Positions 13,384-26,739 of a stretch of DNA of 64,000 nt are shown piece by piece. The stretch spans positions 36,952,001 to 37,016,000 of the forward strand of contig NW_024704745.1 of assembly GCF_018977255.1 (NCBI RefSeq). The letters run 5' to 3'. A program made the position numbers and the translations under genes. The notes beneath the pieces are model-generated. The model saw only the letters and a list, made by a program, of their open reading frames with translations, had not been told where the DNA came from and made no database searches. Origin of the DNA: Callorhinchus milii (lineage: Eukaryota). How positions within the stretch are numbered: the first letter of the stretch is position 1; each line of letters opens with the position of its first letter.

Positions 13384-14180
13384 TAATTATTTTAAATATA
13401 GTGGGGGAATCCATGAAATATGTACTCTCCAACCCTAATTATTTTATCAGGCCAACGAGCGAAAAGCCCCTTTCTTAGGTTTCAGATCTTTCACCTCCTG
13501 CTGAACTGAATTCCCAATGTGAGTTCACAATAGATCTTAAATAAGACCAATTGCTCTCCATAGAGAGCCTGAAATTTCTATCTATTAAATTGATACTTCA
13601 TTCATTTGTTTTGATTTTCAAAATTAAGGAGACAATCAGCAAATTTAACATGGAGAGACTATGACTATGGTATCACTAAAAGACTGGCAATGGCCCAGAT
13701 GGATTCTAATAAAACTTAATGAGCAAACAATGTATTTTAGTCAAGTAGTTTCAATGCAAATACATTCTAATAATATTGGACCAGGGACACTCCTCTTCAG
13801 TCAGCATAATTACATTAAGATTGGTAGAATTTTTCCCCTTATTTATTTTTAGTTATATGGCATGAGGAAGCTACCATAACCTTGAGCCTTTCCCTACTGA
13901 TCTTTATTGTTGGTTAGCAGAGAGGCAAAAAAATCCAGCAGCGACTGGTTCAGAAATCAAATATCAGCTCCTATTTCACACCAGTAAAAAAACTAAATAG
14001 GACAAATGGACGAGCTCGGTAGCTTTATTTTAGCACGTAACAAATAGCCATTTAAATGACAGGAAGCAAAAATCATTTTCTATCTATCCTGTTGTACTAA
14101 TTCCTACTAATGGAATCCTTTTTAGTCATTTTATCTTATTAAATTAATATATTCCACAAAGTGGGTACATTAATAATAAT

Positions 14181-14382
14181 ATAATAATAATCCTTGCATT
14201 TGATATAGTGCTTTTAAGTCTTCTCGACGTCTCAAGCGCTTCACAGAATAGACTGTAAAGTGAATTGACCGTATATTTGTGGGCGAAACGTGGCAGTCAA
14301 TTGCGTACAGCAGTGTCCCACAAACAGTCGTGGATTGAAAGTGACCAATTTATTATTGTTTTTGGAGGGATTATTATTAGGC
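14181..14382 (-). mobile_element. Young SINE, 5'-truncated
   Basis: Reverse complement of the SINE body and tail. Confidence 0.88.
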
Positions 14383-15666
14383 GTTAAATATAGAAATGTT
14401 TCATAGTATTGTTAATTTATATATAATTACGTTATTATATTCTCTAATATAAATGTCCAAGAGTTACAAGGTAAAAAACGTATCCATTAATAGCTGCAAA
14501 AAACATAGTACTGTATCAGCAGGTTATATTACCTAAGTTACATAGAGAAATCTTCTTGTTCTATTTCATAAATATTTCATTGTGGAATTCTGCAAGCTAA
14601 TATTTTTCATTTATAAAAAGCACTATTAATTTAATAGGAACAAACTCCACCATCTTTGGGGCCTGCACTACAAATATTGTGCTAATTCAATAACATTCTG
14701 ATTGCATAAGCCTGATCTTACATTGTGAGTCTAAATTTAGAATCCAAATTAAGTGGATAGACATTATGGACAATGAAAAGGACACTGCAGCACATATAAC
14801 TCTACAATTTCAACTTTGCAAGGTTAGGTTAAAGAGGGATAGATGCAGAAAACAAATAGAAGATTTGAGTATACAAACTATCTGTTAACTCCTCTTATGT
14901 AAAACCAATTGTGTGCATCTGCAAATTCAATATGACCTTCATCAGGTTGCTTGTTGCAGAATTATCTTTCAATTTTGCTTTGGATTTTTACAACACTACA
15001 TGTGCTTTTTGCCATCAAAAAGACTCAAAGAGCAGCATTTCATAATCAGCAGAAAGCAGAATGCAATGCACATTTATAATTAGGCTAGTGTCAACCAGGG
15101 ACACAATTCAATTTTATTTGCTAAGAGAAAGGCTAAAGTTAACAGTGACCAGCATTAAGCCACATCTAATAGTTTCAAAGGAATGTTCAATTGCATGAGT
15201 TGTTGTTGCTTTACACCTGGAGGCAGCTGCAAACATTATATGAAGATCACATGCAGTAGACACTAGTCATTTTCTGTCTGGCTTTTATGTGTTTACAACT
15301 TCCTCAGGGGAAAGTAGCGTGTATAAATGTTTAAATCTTTCCCTAGTAGATCAGAAATACTAGTTTCCCCCTCTAGGAAACTTAGGAATCGCATGTAGCA
15401 TGCTACAGTATCAATCAATTACATGTATTGTGTAGAACTAATTTACATACGGAAACAAGGTTCAATTAGAAAAAAAAACTCATGTATTACATACAATGGT
15501 GAGCTCCCTATTGCAGGAAGCATTAAAGGCAATAGAGGTGAAGGGTTTCAATAATGATTTGAAAAGTTGGAGTTTTTTCACTAAAGCTGATAAGGTCAAC
15601 TCCAGTGAAAAAAATATGATCAGGTTAAGGTCTTCAAGATTATAAAAGGTTACAATAGGGTAGATA

Positions 15667-15832
15667 ATTTGGTCACAACTGTTTGTGGGACACTGCTGTG
15701 CTCAATTGGCTGCCGCGATGTGCCCACAAATATACAGTCAATACACTTTACAGAATATTATGTGAAGCGCTTTGAGACGTCTAGAAGACGTGAAAAGCAT
15801 TATTTCAAATGCAAGGATTATTATATTATATT
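15667..15832 (+). mobile_element. Young SINE 3' part
   Basis: tgtttgtgggacactgctgtgctcaattggctgccgcg...aaatgcaaggattatta. Confidence 0.85.
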
Positions 15833-16334
15833 GTAATATTAGATTATTTTCCCTGAGCAGTGAAACAGTAATAAAAGGTAATTTAAGAAAAAATAATCCT
15901 AAATAATCCTTGCATTTGATATGGCTCCTTTCAAGTCAGGAGGGAATCTCAAGGTTTACTGTAAAGTGTAGTGACTGTGTATTTTGCAAATGTACATAGC
16001 AGTCAATGTGCGCACAGCAATGTATTAAAATCTCTAAAGTGGATGGTTGGAATGTGAATTTTCTGATGCAAACCATCAAACCATAGTTGAAACAGAACTG
16101 TCTCGAATCCCAATTCTGTGCCATTTTCCTGGACCCTTCCATAAATCCTTTCAAAAGGAAATGAGATAGAAGAGTAATAAAGGATGGAGAGCAAATGGAA
16201 ATTTGGATTAAATTGGCTTCCTGAGAAAAACACCAGCACAAACGTGAAGGACCATATGCCTGTTTCTATGAAGTAACATTCTGAGATGTTTTGAGCACTA
16301 TGGTTAGAGACAACAACATCATCTCATCTAGATT

Positions 16335-16497
16335 GACACTCCAGTGCAATTCTGGGGGAGTGCTGCATTGTTGGAGGTGCCGTCCTTCAGATGAGACATT
16401 AAATTGAGGTCCCGTCTGCCTGTTCAGGTGAATGTTAAAGATCCCATGGTACAATTCGGAAAGAAAAGAGAGGTTCTCCCAGTATCCTGGCCAATAA
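16335..16497 (+). mobile_element. Older Deu SINE central fragment
   Basis: gggagtgctgcattgttggaggtgccgtccttcagatgagacattaaattgaggtcccgtctgcctgttcaggtg. Confidence 0.8.
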
Positions 16498-17746
16498 TGT
16501 AAGGTTAAAAGTTATTATTAATTATTTTATCTAGGTTAGTTTGATTACAGTATTTCATATTATTCTTTTGTAATTCAATTACTGACAATAATATGTTTTA
16601 ACCTAAGGATTTAACCTGTGTAGAAGTATGCCATTTCAGCAACCATAAACACTTAACCTAAAATTGCAATACATATGCAGTTTATGCTGTAAAGAATGTA
16701 TTCAGTAACAGAATGCTATGTGTTCACTTGATTTCTTTCAAGCCCTGAGCGAAGCCCTCAAGTACAGCTCAATGTCAAGTGAGTTGGTCTGACCCAGACC
16801 CAAGCAATTATTACTTTCAATTATTATGTTGGATGAGTCAGATGTCACACTTTCATGAGCACAGTAGAATTGTTGAATTTTAAGTAAAGGTAAATCTTCA
16901 TAGCAGTTGAAAACTACAAGGAAACATGATTTGGCAGTCTTACAGCGGCATTTCTCCAAATGTCAAGTGAGATACTGAATCTTGAAGTAGCATTACAATT
17001 CTGTTATCAGTGAATACCAATTCAAAAATAAGGATGTATCTCAGAGTCCTGGCAATGCACTGTATAATGAAGTCATGAAATGTGAGCTGTCTCACGTGAT
17101 TCATTACATGGTGAAATCCCATCTTTACTGGCTGCTAGAGAAGTATAATTTGAGGTTAGGTAATTTGTCAAAGGGAGGGAGAGGTAAAGGTTTAGTCAAC
17201 CTGAGCCACTTTTATACACCTCATAACAACTCATCAACAATATCATTTATGAAAGGCTGGGAATGGATCATCCCTGTCACATATTGACAAGTGGATGTTA
17301 TCTAGAGCATAGCACACAAGAAAATCCAACAAGTTGCAGGTAATACAATAATATATAATTACATATAGGGTTATATGCTGTATTATTTTGAATCAAAGAA
17401 TATGTTTAACTCTGAAATATGTGATTAATGCAGTGTTTGATATTTCATCCATGATTGGATATCAGGAAATTGTCTTTGTATCATTGACGACTATTTCGCC
17501 TGGGCATGATGACACTTTTGTCCCATTCTCCAGTCCTTTCCCCATACCCAATTATTTTTATTTTCCTCTGGAAACTTAATATTGATTCTTCCTCAACCAT
17601 TGTTACAAGTAGGGCACTCGACTCCCTAGCAATGTTCAGATTTAAAATAAAGTCTCCTAAGAGCTTCTGTATTATTTTGATAATTACTTTAAATATCTGC
17701 TCTCTAATTATTGATTTACAAACCAGTGAAAATAATTTCTGTCCAA

Positions 17747-18002
17747 TTTTTTTGGTCAACCGGGTGTCTTTCAAATGCAGAAACCCATCATCATGCTTAA
17801 GTATAAAAACCAAACTGAGAATTCTATGCATCCCACCTACACATGGAAACTCCAGGGATAGATTGTTTCAATGGAATGCACACCTTCTTCCTGGAGGGAC
17901 GCATCCTGCTTACACAATTCCGGAAAATATTAGGCGTAGGTTGTCAAAAGCCAAGACTTGGGGACTGCAGAGTGTGCATTAGGGTACTGCTGGAGTCTAA
18001 CC
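17747..18002 (-). repeat. Unclassified interspersed repeat, copy B
   Basis: tttttttggtcaaccgggtgtc...gggtactgctggagtctaacc matches copy C. Confidence 0.85.
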
Positions 18003-18189
18003 ACCCACTTGCCTTATGAAAACCCTTTATAAATGTTTTTAAAAAACACTATCAATTCTCCTGTCAGCCTTCTCTGTTCTATGGAAAGCTGCTCCAATTT
18101 CTACAATCTTTTCTTGTACATAAAATCTTTCATTCCTAGTCAAATGCAATGTTGTGCTGTTGTTGATATGCACCCTTTCTATGGTATTG

Positions 18190-18590
18190 TCATCAATCAT
18201 TTTGTGGGACTCCAAAATCTGGATGCAATATTTCAAGCGTGACCTATCTAATGATGTATACAAGCTTAACATTATACGTTTGATTGTACAGTATATGTCT
18301 TTATTTATAAAACCTAGGATTCCATTAGTTTATTTTATCAACTTGTCCTTGTACCTCTAAAGATTTGTATAAATTAATCCCTCGACCTCTCTCCTCTTCT
18401 AAAGATTGGTATAAACTATCCCCTAGATCTCTCTCCTCTTACACTTCATTTGAAGTTTTACTATTTGATATATATTTCCTCATTGTACTTTTCCTCCCCA
18501 AAATGTATCACCTCATACTTTTCTACATTAAACTTCATATCTCGTCCATCTGCCCAATATGGTAGCTTGTCTATGTCATCCTAAAATAGT
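18190..18590 (-). mobile_element. Degraded CR1 ORF2 fragment
   Basis: Minus-strand translation LSLYTSLDRSRLKYCIQI resembles CR1 LxLYKxLVRPHLEYCVQFW. Confidence 0.6.
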
Positions 18591-18854
18591 TTACGAGCCA
18601 CCATTCATATTATATGATTTGATGAAATAATGGTAGAAGTTTTGTTTGATCAAACTGATATAAAAGCAAATGTATAACAAAGCACATATTTTTTACAATT
18701 CAAAGGTAATTTTGAGTGACAATAATTTTTAGGCTATAATACCAGAAAAATTTGCAATTCTTTTCCCTTTCAGTTTTTTCTAATGGTACATCACACCTTT
18801 TGTGCTTTTCACATTACAATACGTGTGTGGGTGTGTTTGTGTGTGTGTGTTTGT

Positions 18855-19160
18855 TGTATTGTCGGAGGTGCCATCCTTTGAATGAGTTGTTAAATCAAGG
18901 TTGTATCTGCCCATTCAGGTGGACGTTAAAGATCCCATGGTATTATTTGTAAAGAAAAGGGTGTTCCTCCCAGTGTTCTAGCCATCAATCTCGCAAGTAA
19001 AATTGGTCACTCACTCCATGGCTGTTTTGTGCGACATTGCTGTGTGCAAACTGGTTGTCACATTCCAACTATAAAATAAGCAATCAAAACTACTTTATAT
19101 ACTGTGAAGTATTTGAGATGTCTCAACGACATGATAAGGTACTATAGCAAATACAAAAAT
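18855..19160 (+). mobile_element. Older Deu SINE, headless
   Basis: gtcggaggtgccatccttt...gacgttaaagatcccatgg, then the tail. Confidence 0.8.
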
Positions 19161-19619
19161 AGGATAGGATAGTTATATGCTGTATTCACACTCTCTCTTA
19201 TGGTATACATATGAAGAATAGCCAGTTGTGTGACATGCCAAACGGTGCTTCATTACGAGGCAACACGCTAATGGGGGAAGTGTTATTTGATACTATTGAT
19301 TTCAATTAACATATAGCAGTTTTTCGCCACAACATGCTTATTGCTATTTTGTGATGTTTCTAATCAACTCTGATTCATAGTTGGTATCACAAATCAACAA
19401 AGTCCAAAAATGTTGTATTTGTAACATGTAAATTTATATTGTAACTTTCCTGAAACAAAATCATAAAAATGTACTTTGCAAACTAAAATTAAGTGAATCT
19501 GAACTGACTTTTACTACCCAGTTGTTTGTGAGCTGGTAAATTGCAGATTCGGTGTCCTGTAGCATCATTGGAAATGAAAAGCCTAACAAAACTTTAAATT
19601 GGCTATGTGTAATATAGCC

Positions 19620-19757
19620 TTTCCTCGCCGGCCGCCACCCATCCTGATCCTAACCACCAGCTCGGGTTCGGATCCCTGACTGTGCAGTATTTTGGGATGT
19701 CTTCCTGATATGAAAGTGCTATAAAATGTAATGCATCGTTGTTGTTGTTGTTGTTGT
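19620..19757 (+). mobile_element. Short L2 3' tail, tail-to-tail with a minus-strand SINE fragment (19757-19910)
   Basis: cagctcgggttcgg...ttgggatgtcttcctgatatgaaagtgctataaaatg...(GTT)n. Confidence 0.75.
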
Positions 19758-20726
19758 AATAATAATCATTCTATTTGATATATAACCTTTAGGTTGGGAG
19801 CATGTCCCAAAGCATTCACATGATTTATTGTATTCTGGAGTGACTGTGTACTTTGGAGGCAAACACAGCAGTTAATTTGCATACAGCAGTGTCTCACAAA
19901 TGGTAATCAATTGAGGGTAAAGGAAAGGAAGCTAAAAATGCCAAGAATGAATAATTCTTAAGCAAATGTTCTTTTTAGTTTTCTGCAGTGACCCGACCTA
20001 TTTTATAAAAGTATACATTTCCTGCTCCTGTTTTGTCTCCTGTGTAACATTACTCTCTGTGCCTAGGCCTTTCTGCTGTATGTATGAAGGTCACTTCTGT
20101 CAGAAAGTGATGGAATGGATTTGAGATAGGTGGAGAATGTGTAAATGGCCAACATCGAGAAGCTCTCAGTAGAAACAAAATAACAGGAGAAGGCCTTTAT
20201 CTTTTCGAGCATGTTCCCTTATTTCATTAAAAAATTATGCAAATTGTAAACCTACATTTTCTCTACATTCCTTAATACCCTTACCTTCCAAGTATTTAGG
20301 TATCTCCTTTTAATGTCCCAATTAGTAGATATAGGGGAACACGTGAACGAACCAATGACAAGAAGGCAGCAGATAACAGCAGAAGCTAATAGAGGAAGAA
20401 CATGCATCCATAAGAAATTTGATTAAATTCAATAAACTCAGTGAAAAATTCCTATCAAGTTTATGTTCAATAGTACTAATTTGCACAACTCTAATGATGT
20501 GAAGCAAAATACCAAGTGCATATAACCGCAAGAATGCAACTAATAAACTATGTGTATGTATTGATGCCATCAAATATAAAGCTCTCATCGCACCAATGAG
20601 AAATGTTATCTCTGAAAAAAAATTAGGGCTATTTTGCAATGGTCTATTAAATTAATAAAATTGAATTAATTAACCAAATCTATTAATTGCAATATTTATT
20701 GCAAATTCCAATTCGTGAAATCACTG

Positions 20727-21116
20727 TGTTCAAGATCCTCGTCCTCACCTTCAAAGCCCTCCATGATCTTGCTCCCCCCTACCTCTGCGAGCTCCTAAAC
20801 CCCTACCAACCTGCCCGCTCTGTCCGCTCAGTGGGCTCACCCGCCCCACCATTGTCGGGCAGGCCTTCAGACTCTGCCCCAACCCTCTGGAACTCCACCT
20901 GGCAGTCCCTCCACCTCATCCCCTTCCATTGCCTCCTTAAAGACCCATGTCAATACCTTCCTCATCAACCATGCTTTCGGTTACCCTCCATCCCGCCCAC
21001 CCTCCATCCTCCTCAATCTCGACCCAGCTTGGGTTTGAAACACTGACTGTCCAGCGCCTTGGGACGTCCACCCGACATAAAAGGCGCTATACAAATATAA
21101 TTTTGTTGTTGTTGTT
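20727..21116 (+). mobile_element. L2 3' fragment
   Basis: FKILVLTFKALHDLAPPYL, ending gcgccttgggacgtccacccgacataaaaggcgctatac...(TTG)n. Confidence 0.9.
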
Positions 21117-21467
21117 GAATTCATAGCTGGTAACCCAAATCAACAAAGCAAAAATCACTGTTGAATGAATTTCGGGTGGAGCAGTCAACTTTTTTTGACT
21201 TTGACAACTTGGAATTTATGATTTGACTAAAATGTATTTTGCAAACTGGAAATCATAAACCAGAAGTTGCAAGTAGTGCAACAAGTATGGTCCCTGAGGT
21301 GCTTTAAGTATCAGGGATTAGATTCCTAGAATCATCAGTGTAAGCTACAAAAGACAGTTTTAGTCATGTACAAGAAAGGAGAACTTAGAAATCTTCTGAT
21401 TCTTCAAACTTAAAAACAAGACAAGAAAAAGACATCTATGTGCAAGTTGTTTTATGAATTGCTACGT

Positions 21468-21899
21468 CATCCAGGTTCAGTAGTAGCATTCTCGCTTCTG
21501 TGTCAGAGTTTGTGGGTTCAAACCCCATGTTGGGACTTCAATCACATAGACACTCCAAACCAGTGCTGGGGAGTTTTGCATTGTCAGAGGTACTATCATT
21601 CGGACCCAATATTAAACTGAAGTCCCGTCTGTCTGTTCAGGTGGATATTAAAGATCCTATGGCGCTATTCTAAAAGAAAAGGGAGGTTTCTTCTGGTGTC
21701 CTGGCCAACGATCCCCCAAATAAAAATTTGGTCACTCACTCCATGGCTGTTTGTGGACATTGGTGAGCCCAAACTTGCTGCCACATTTCTCCACAAATTG
21801 GAGTCAATCCACTTTACAGCATATCCTGTGAAGTGTTTTCAGACACCTCAATAATGTGATAAGGCTCTATATCAAATGCGAGGATTATTATTTATTATT
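21468..21899 (+). mobile_element. Older Deu SINE, near full length
   Basis: Degenerate tRNA head (ttcagtagtagcattctcgcttctgtgtcagag...gggttcaaaccc), Deu body, ATT tail. Confidence 0.82.
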
Positions 21900-24800
21900 C
21901 ATTTAAAGATTTACTGAATTGTTATGTAGATTGTTACTGGTGTTGACAATTTTATTTTTAGGAAATGGGAAGATTCAATTCACTATCAGTTTCACTGCCG
22001 CCCACTATACTCTTCTTAGGCTAATGGTCCTTTAGCTCATTCAAAACCATTATAAATTATTTGACACAAACCCATCTTGTTTCCATTGTTTCAGAACTGA
22101 GCAAACACTAGGCCGAGCACCAGATTTAGGCTAGTTTTTTTTAATTTTCATTTTGCCCTCACTATTTAATACAGTTGAATATTATGTGCAGGAATCTTAG
22201 ATATTCTACACATCCACTTAATTGATCTGTAAAAGGTATTATGGGTTATAGATACGTGGATATAGTCCACTAGAAAACCAATGTGTAAACTCGTTTATTT
22301 TCGATAGAATTAAGGAACGTGTAGAGCAAAGAACAAGGCCATTCAGGCATAATGTCTTAGTTGGTGGTAACACACTCACTGTAGATCGAGACCCATTCTC
22401 CTACTCTTTCCCATGCTTTTTAGTAAATTAAAAAAACCTTGAACAATATTTGCTCCAAGTTTTAAATAACATCATATTCATATAAAGCTACAATTATAGT
22501 TCTACAAAAAACATTATAAACACATGTGTTTTGATTATATCAATTGATATATTTGCAAATTCAAAACAAAACTTAATATTAGTTAACAAAAGTCCAAATA
22601 ATAGTTACCTCTCAAAATTTGATGTACAGTATACTTTAGATTAAATGTTTTGTTCTGAGTTCTTAATCATGTAGCATCAGACTCTATCAACATATATATT
22701 TGATATATAAAAGCAATAACTCATATGGTTAGCTTTTTTGTAAATTGGTGTAATCCTTGATAAATGCTAAGTTATCCCTGGACTGTTGTGCTCACTACAT
22801 AGTTGTAGAACTAGGTGTGCAGATATTGAATTGTGCAATAAATAAATTTATGATAATTAATAAATACAGAAAAGTGATTGAGATATAGTTGACGGTAAAA
22901 GGAAACAGTTGATTAAATAAATCTTAGGATTTGGGTTTGCAGATTCCATATCAACTATGATGCTAGCAATGATTGCAATCCATGTCCATCAATTCAAATT
23001 GTTACTGCAATTACAGCATTGACATATTGGTGTAAATGTGGCAGGATATTTGTACTCTGATTCAAGAAAGCAATTCCGCAAATTTCATGAACAGCTCAGA
23101 TGACACCACAGAGCAGCAGCTTGTGACAATTAACAATGATTGTAATGTGCTGAGAACTTGAAAAATCTAAAAAATATATTTTTAAAATGCTAGCTCTACT
23201 GAAACAATCCTGTAGGTACTTAGAGTGGAAAAAAAGTAATCTATTTGCTGCAATATTCATTCAAAATTGCATTGATTTAATCTTTTAACAAGGTCTTTAA
23301 AATTTCCAATTGATAGTTGATTCTTTTTCCTGCACTACAAAGTAGCTACCAATAAGTTACGTATATCAATGAACAGAAGGGACATAACCAGACGATAATG
23401 CTTACCTGGATCAATCTGAATTACTTAGTGCCTGACAACAATCTGTTTGTTGGCAATTATTACCATAAAATCTGTATTCTAGGCAGCAACATAAGTGGCA
23501 TCAATTGAATATTTGTTATAGATCTCCTATCAAATAATTAATCAAGTTCCTTACACATGACAAGTGGTACCACAGCATGCTGAATTACCAAATAAAGCAT
23601 TACGAGATTCCTTGAAGGAATTTGACAATTTGTTGAATTTCAATGCATTGATTTAACCAATCACACTTGAGGAATTAATTGTATGTTTGTTTTTAAAAAG
23701 ACTGATGTAAGACCAATAAGTATACTCAAGAGTATTTCTTAATAATATTTTACATCTTGTATTCAGATTAATTCCTATCTTATCAAATTGATAATTCTTA
23801 TTTTTTCTAAAAAGTAATTTTCAAAAAATGTATTCACAATAACCACAAAGCATTTTATCATGGGAACGGAACAGAAATGGTATCAGATGAGAAGCTGGGA
23901 TTTAAACAGTTAAGCATATGTTCTAATTTGAAGAAAGGGCAAGTTAATCTTTCAGTGATACAGCAATCTGTTCTGCAAATATTTATCTTACTTCAAAGAA
24001 AGAGTGTGATATGAATCCTGCAAGTTGTGGATAAAAAAAAACAGCAAAGCATCTTGAATAATTTTCCACCTTAAATATATATTGGGATTTATTAACCTCA
24101 GAAATACCTCTGGTAAGGATTCTACAAATAGGTTGCACTTTATTGCGCTAAAACAATTAAAACCAAATGGAAAAAATATAATAAATACTGTGGTCCTATA
24201 AGTGAAATAAATTTAGTGCTTCTGTAGCATTGCTGGCATTTTTTTTGTCAGCAGGGAAAGGAGATCTCTATTCCCATTATTAGTGTTTTGCTGCATTGCA
24301 CTAAGGCCAGGAAAAGAGGATGGAACACATCTGTTAATATGTGCTGTAACTGCCTTTCTCCAGAGATACCGTTCTCCATTAGTATGTAAACAGCAGAGAT
24401 TGAAATGAAAAAACAGTATTTTTCTGATAAAATAATAGTAAACTCAACTATGCCTACACCAAACTGTTTCATTTCATCAATCCCAGGTCCATCTTAAGTA
24501 TGTCATGGAAGTTATTTTGATCAATTCCTATTTATAGTAGTTAAAACTGAACAATGCAGTCAGGCAAAAATAGGCAGATGTGGTGACATAATAACAGGCA
24601 GGATTTCAAAGAAAATTAGTAGAATGGTGCACAAATTAAAAGCACCTTAAAAAGGAAATGTAGAAGCGTGCTTTCCAGTGACCTGAAGTTTTGCTTTGTA
24701 TGTGAAAATTCAATGAGATTCAATTAAATTTACTGATGTAACTGGGTGAGTAATACGTCAGTTTGTCTTTTGCAGCTGAATTGCTTGGGGGTATATCTGC

Positions 24801-26204
24801 TGTTAGCAGTATGTATCAGAAAAACACTGTTCAATCTACTGAAGTATTTTGTTTACCAGTAGAAAAGTTACAATGTAATTGCATTCATGACTTGAAAGTT
24901 TGCTTCTGAACAGCTAACAAACTGACTAAATGACTCAATATTAATTCACACGCTGTATATTTGAGTGAAAATTGTGACAAGTGCTGAAACAACCCTTTAT
25001 GTACTACAGCAGTATTAACAAAATACACCTTAATACAACTTCTTCAACCTGTTCAAAGGAGCCCTGTAAAGAATGGTGAGGAAAACAATTGTGAAACCTG
25101 GCTATTTGGTCACATTTAATTGTGAAGACTGCCAGACTTGTAAGACATTCTGAAATTTTATTTAAGGCCAATTAATATTGGGAAATAGCTGACTATTGAC
25201 TAGTTCATGATACAAGATTCATTCAATTCAGTTGATTGTAATACTAAGGATTGGAGTCTAAAATACAAATATAGAGATCCTTTTAAGCCTTACAATCATT
25301 GACTGTTTAATTGCACAAATCAAAAATACTGCTGCTAACCACTTTGGTGACCTCTACTGGGGATTTTAATGTAATCTCGACAATCAATGCTGCAGATCCA
25401 CCTCTGATTACTTCTTTTAACGCCAATTGCTTCATATGATATATCATATCAGTACATTAACCATTTGCTCTCCAATCTTAGTTGCTGCTTGTAGCTGCTG
25501 CATGAATTAGCAAAAAAAACTGCATTGTGGCAGCAAATAACAAATGTTACATCTTGAGTAATAATAATAATAATGTATTTTAAGTGCATTGCTTTTCTGT
25601 TTGGCTTGATTGAACTTAAAGATTCAACGCATTAACATTTTGTTTGTTTAGATTTGAAATGCTCACAATATTTGTGTTTTCTCAAACTATAAAACAATTA
25701 AATATTTACAAATAGCCTTATAAATAGCCAGTTCCAACATCTGGTGGTGCAATAAGATTTCCTCTTCCAGTGATTTATCTTTACAAGGGTATACAGACAT
25801 CAGGTATACAGTTCTACAATCCATCATTTATCCCTGCATGACCCCAGTGCTCACAGGGATTTGTGCATCTCTGAAAATGAATATGAAAGACTCTGAGACC
25901 TCTTCTAATTTAAAAGTGCAGAATGCATACAAAGACATCCACTTGAAGAATAAGAGCTTCATATTAAAAGTAGGGGTGTGCTAGCCTTGTAAGGATTGGT
26001 GGAAAGCCATTTCAACTGTAACTTGTAGACTGCTGAAGCTGCAACTAAACCCAAATTGTGGAGTGTACACCACCTATTATACACAATGATCTGCTACATC
26101 ATGTCTGCCCATGCCGGTTGCAAGATTGCAAATGTTTGATGCATTTTTATACAACATGCAACGTTTCTGATGTCACCCAGGAATAAGCAACATGTTTTGG
26201 TTTG

Positions 26205-26279
26205 AAGGGTTGTCAGCGCCTTTGGACTTCCTCCCAACATTAAAGGCGCTTTTACAAATGTAAATTTGTTGTTGTTGTT
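26205..26279 (+). mobile_element. Short L2 3' tail, antisense within the presumed SLITRK5 3' UTR
   Basis: cagcgcctttggacttcctcccaacattaaaggcgcttttacaaatgtaaatttgttgttgttgtt. Confidence 0.8.
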
Positions 26280-26739
26280 TGCAGGTCATTTTTGTGTGGC
26301 TAAAATTAGCTCTTTATTTCAAATTAAAATACCTGGGTTGAAGGTACAGTCTCACATGGGAATGAAGAACAAACTTACTAAAATACTGTGAAGTATCATT
26401 ATTTTAGTAAAAATACAATATTTTTCCAGACATGGGAATGTTATGAAATACTATACTATCCCATCAAGGGGCCATGAATGTCAAAACATTTACTTATGCC
26501 TACTGCCACCATTCGCCAGACCAATTGCTTGACACAAGATCTTCAGCCAGGTGTCCTTGAATCTATCAAATGCAAGTGTTTTCAGTGAACAAATCAGTTG
26601 CAGTGCACACCCCTAGTTCAAATATCCATTCAAGGTGATAATCTTGTGCCAAGGCACTTTCACCTCAAACATTTATGGAGAACATAAAGCAAACCTCTGA
26701 TAATCTGAAATAAATACTGTGTATAAACAACTCTGTAGT

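Noticed and set aside
14925-14946. Second hammerhead-like core on the minus strand (CTGATGAaggtcat)
   Set aside because: No complementary stem II or GAAA box follows.
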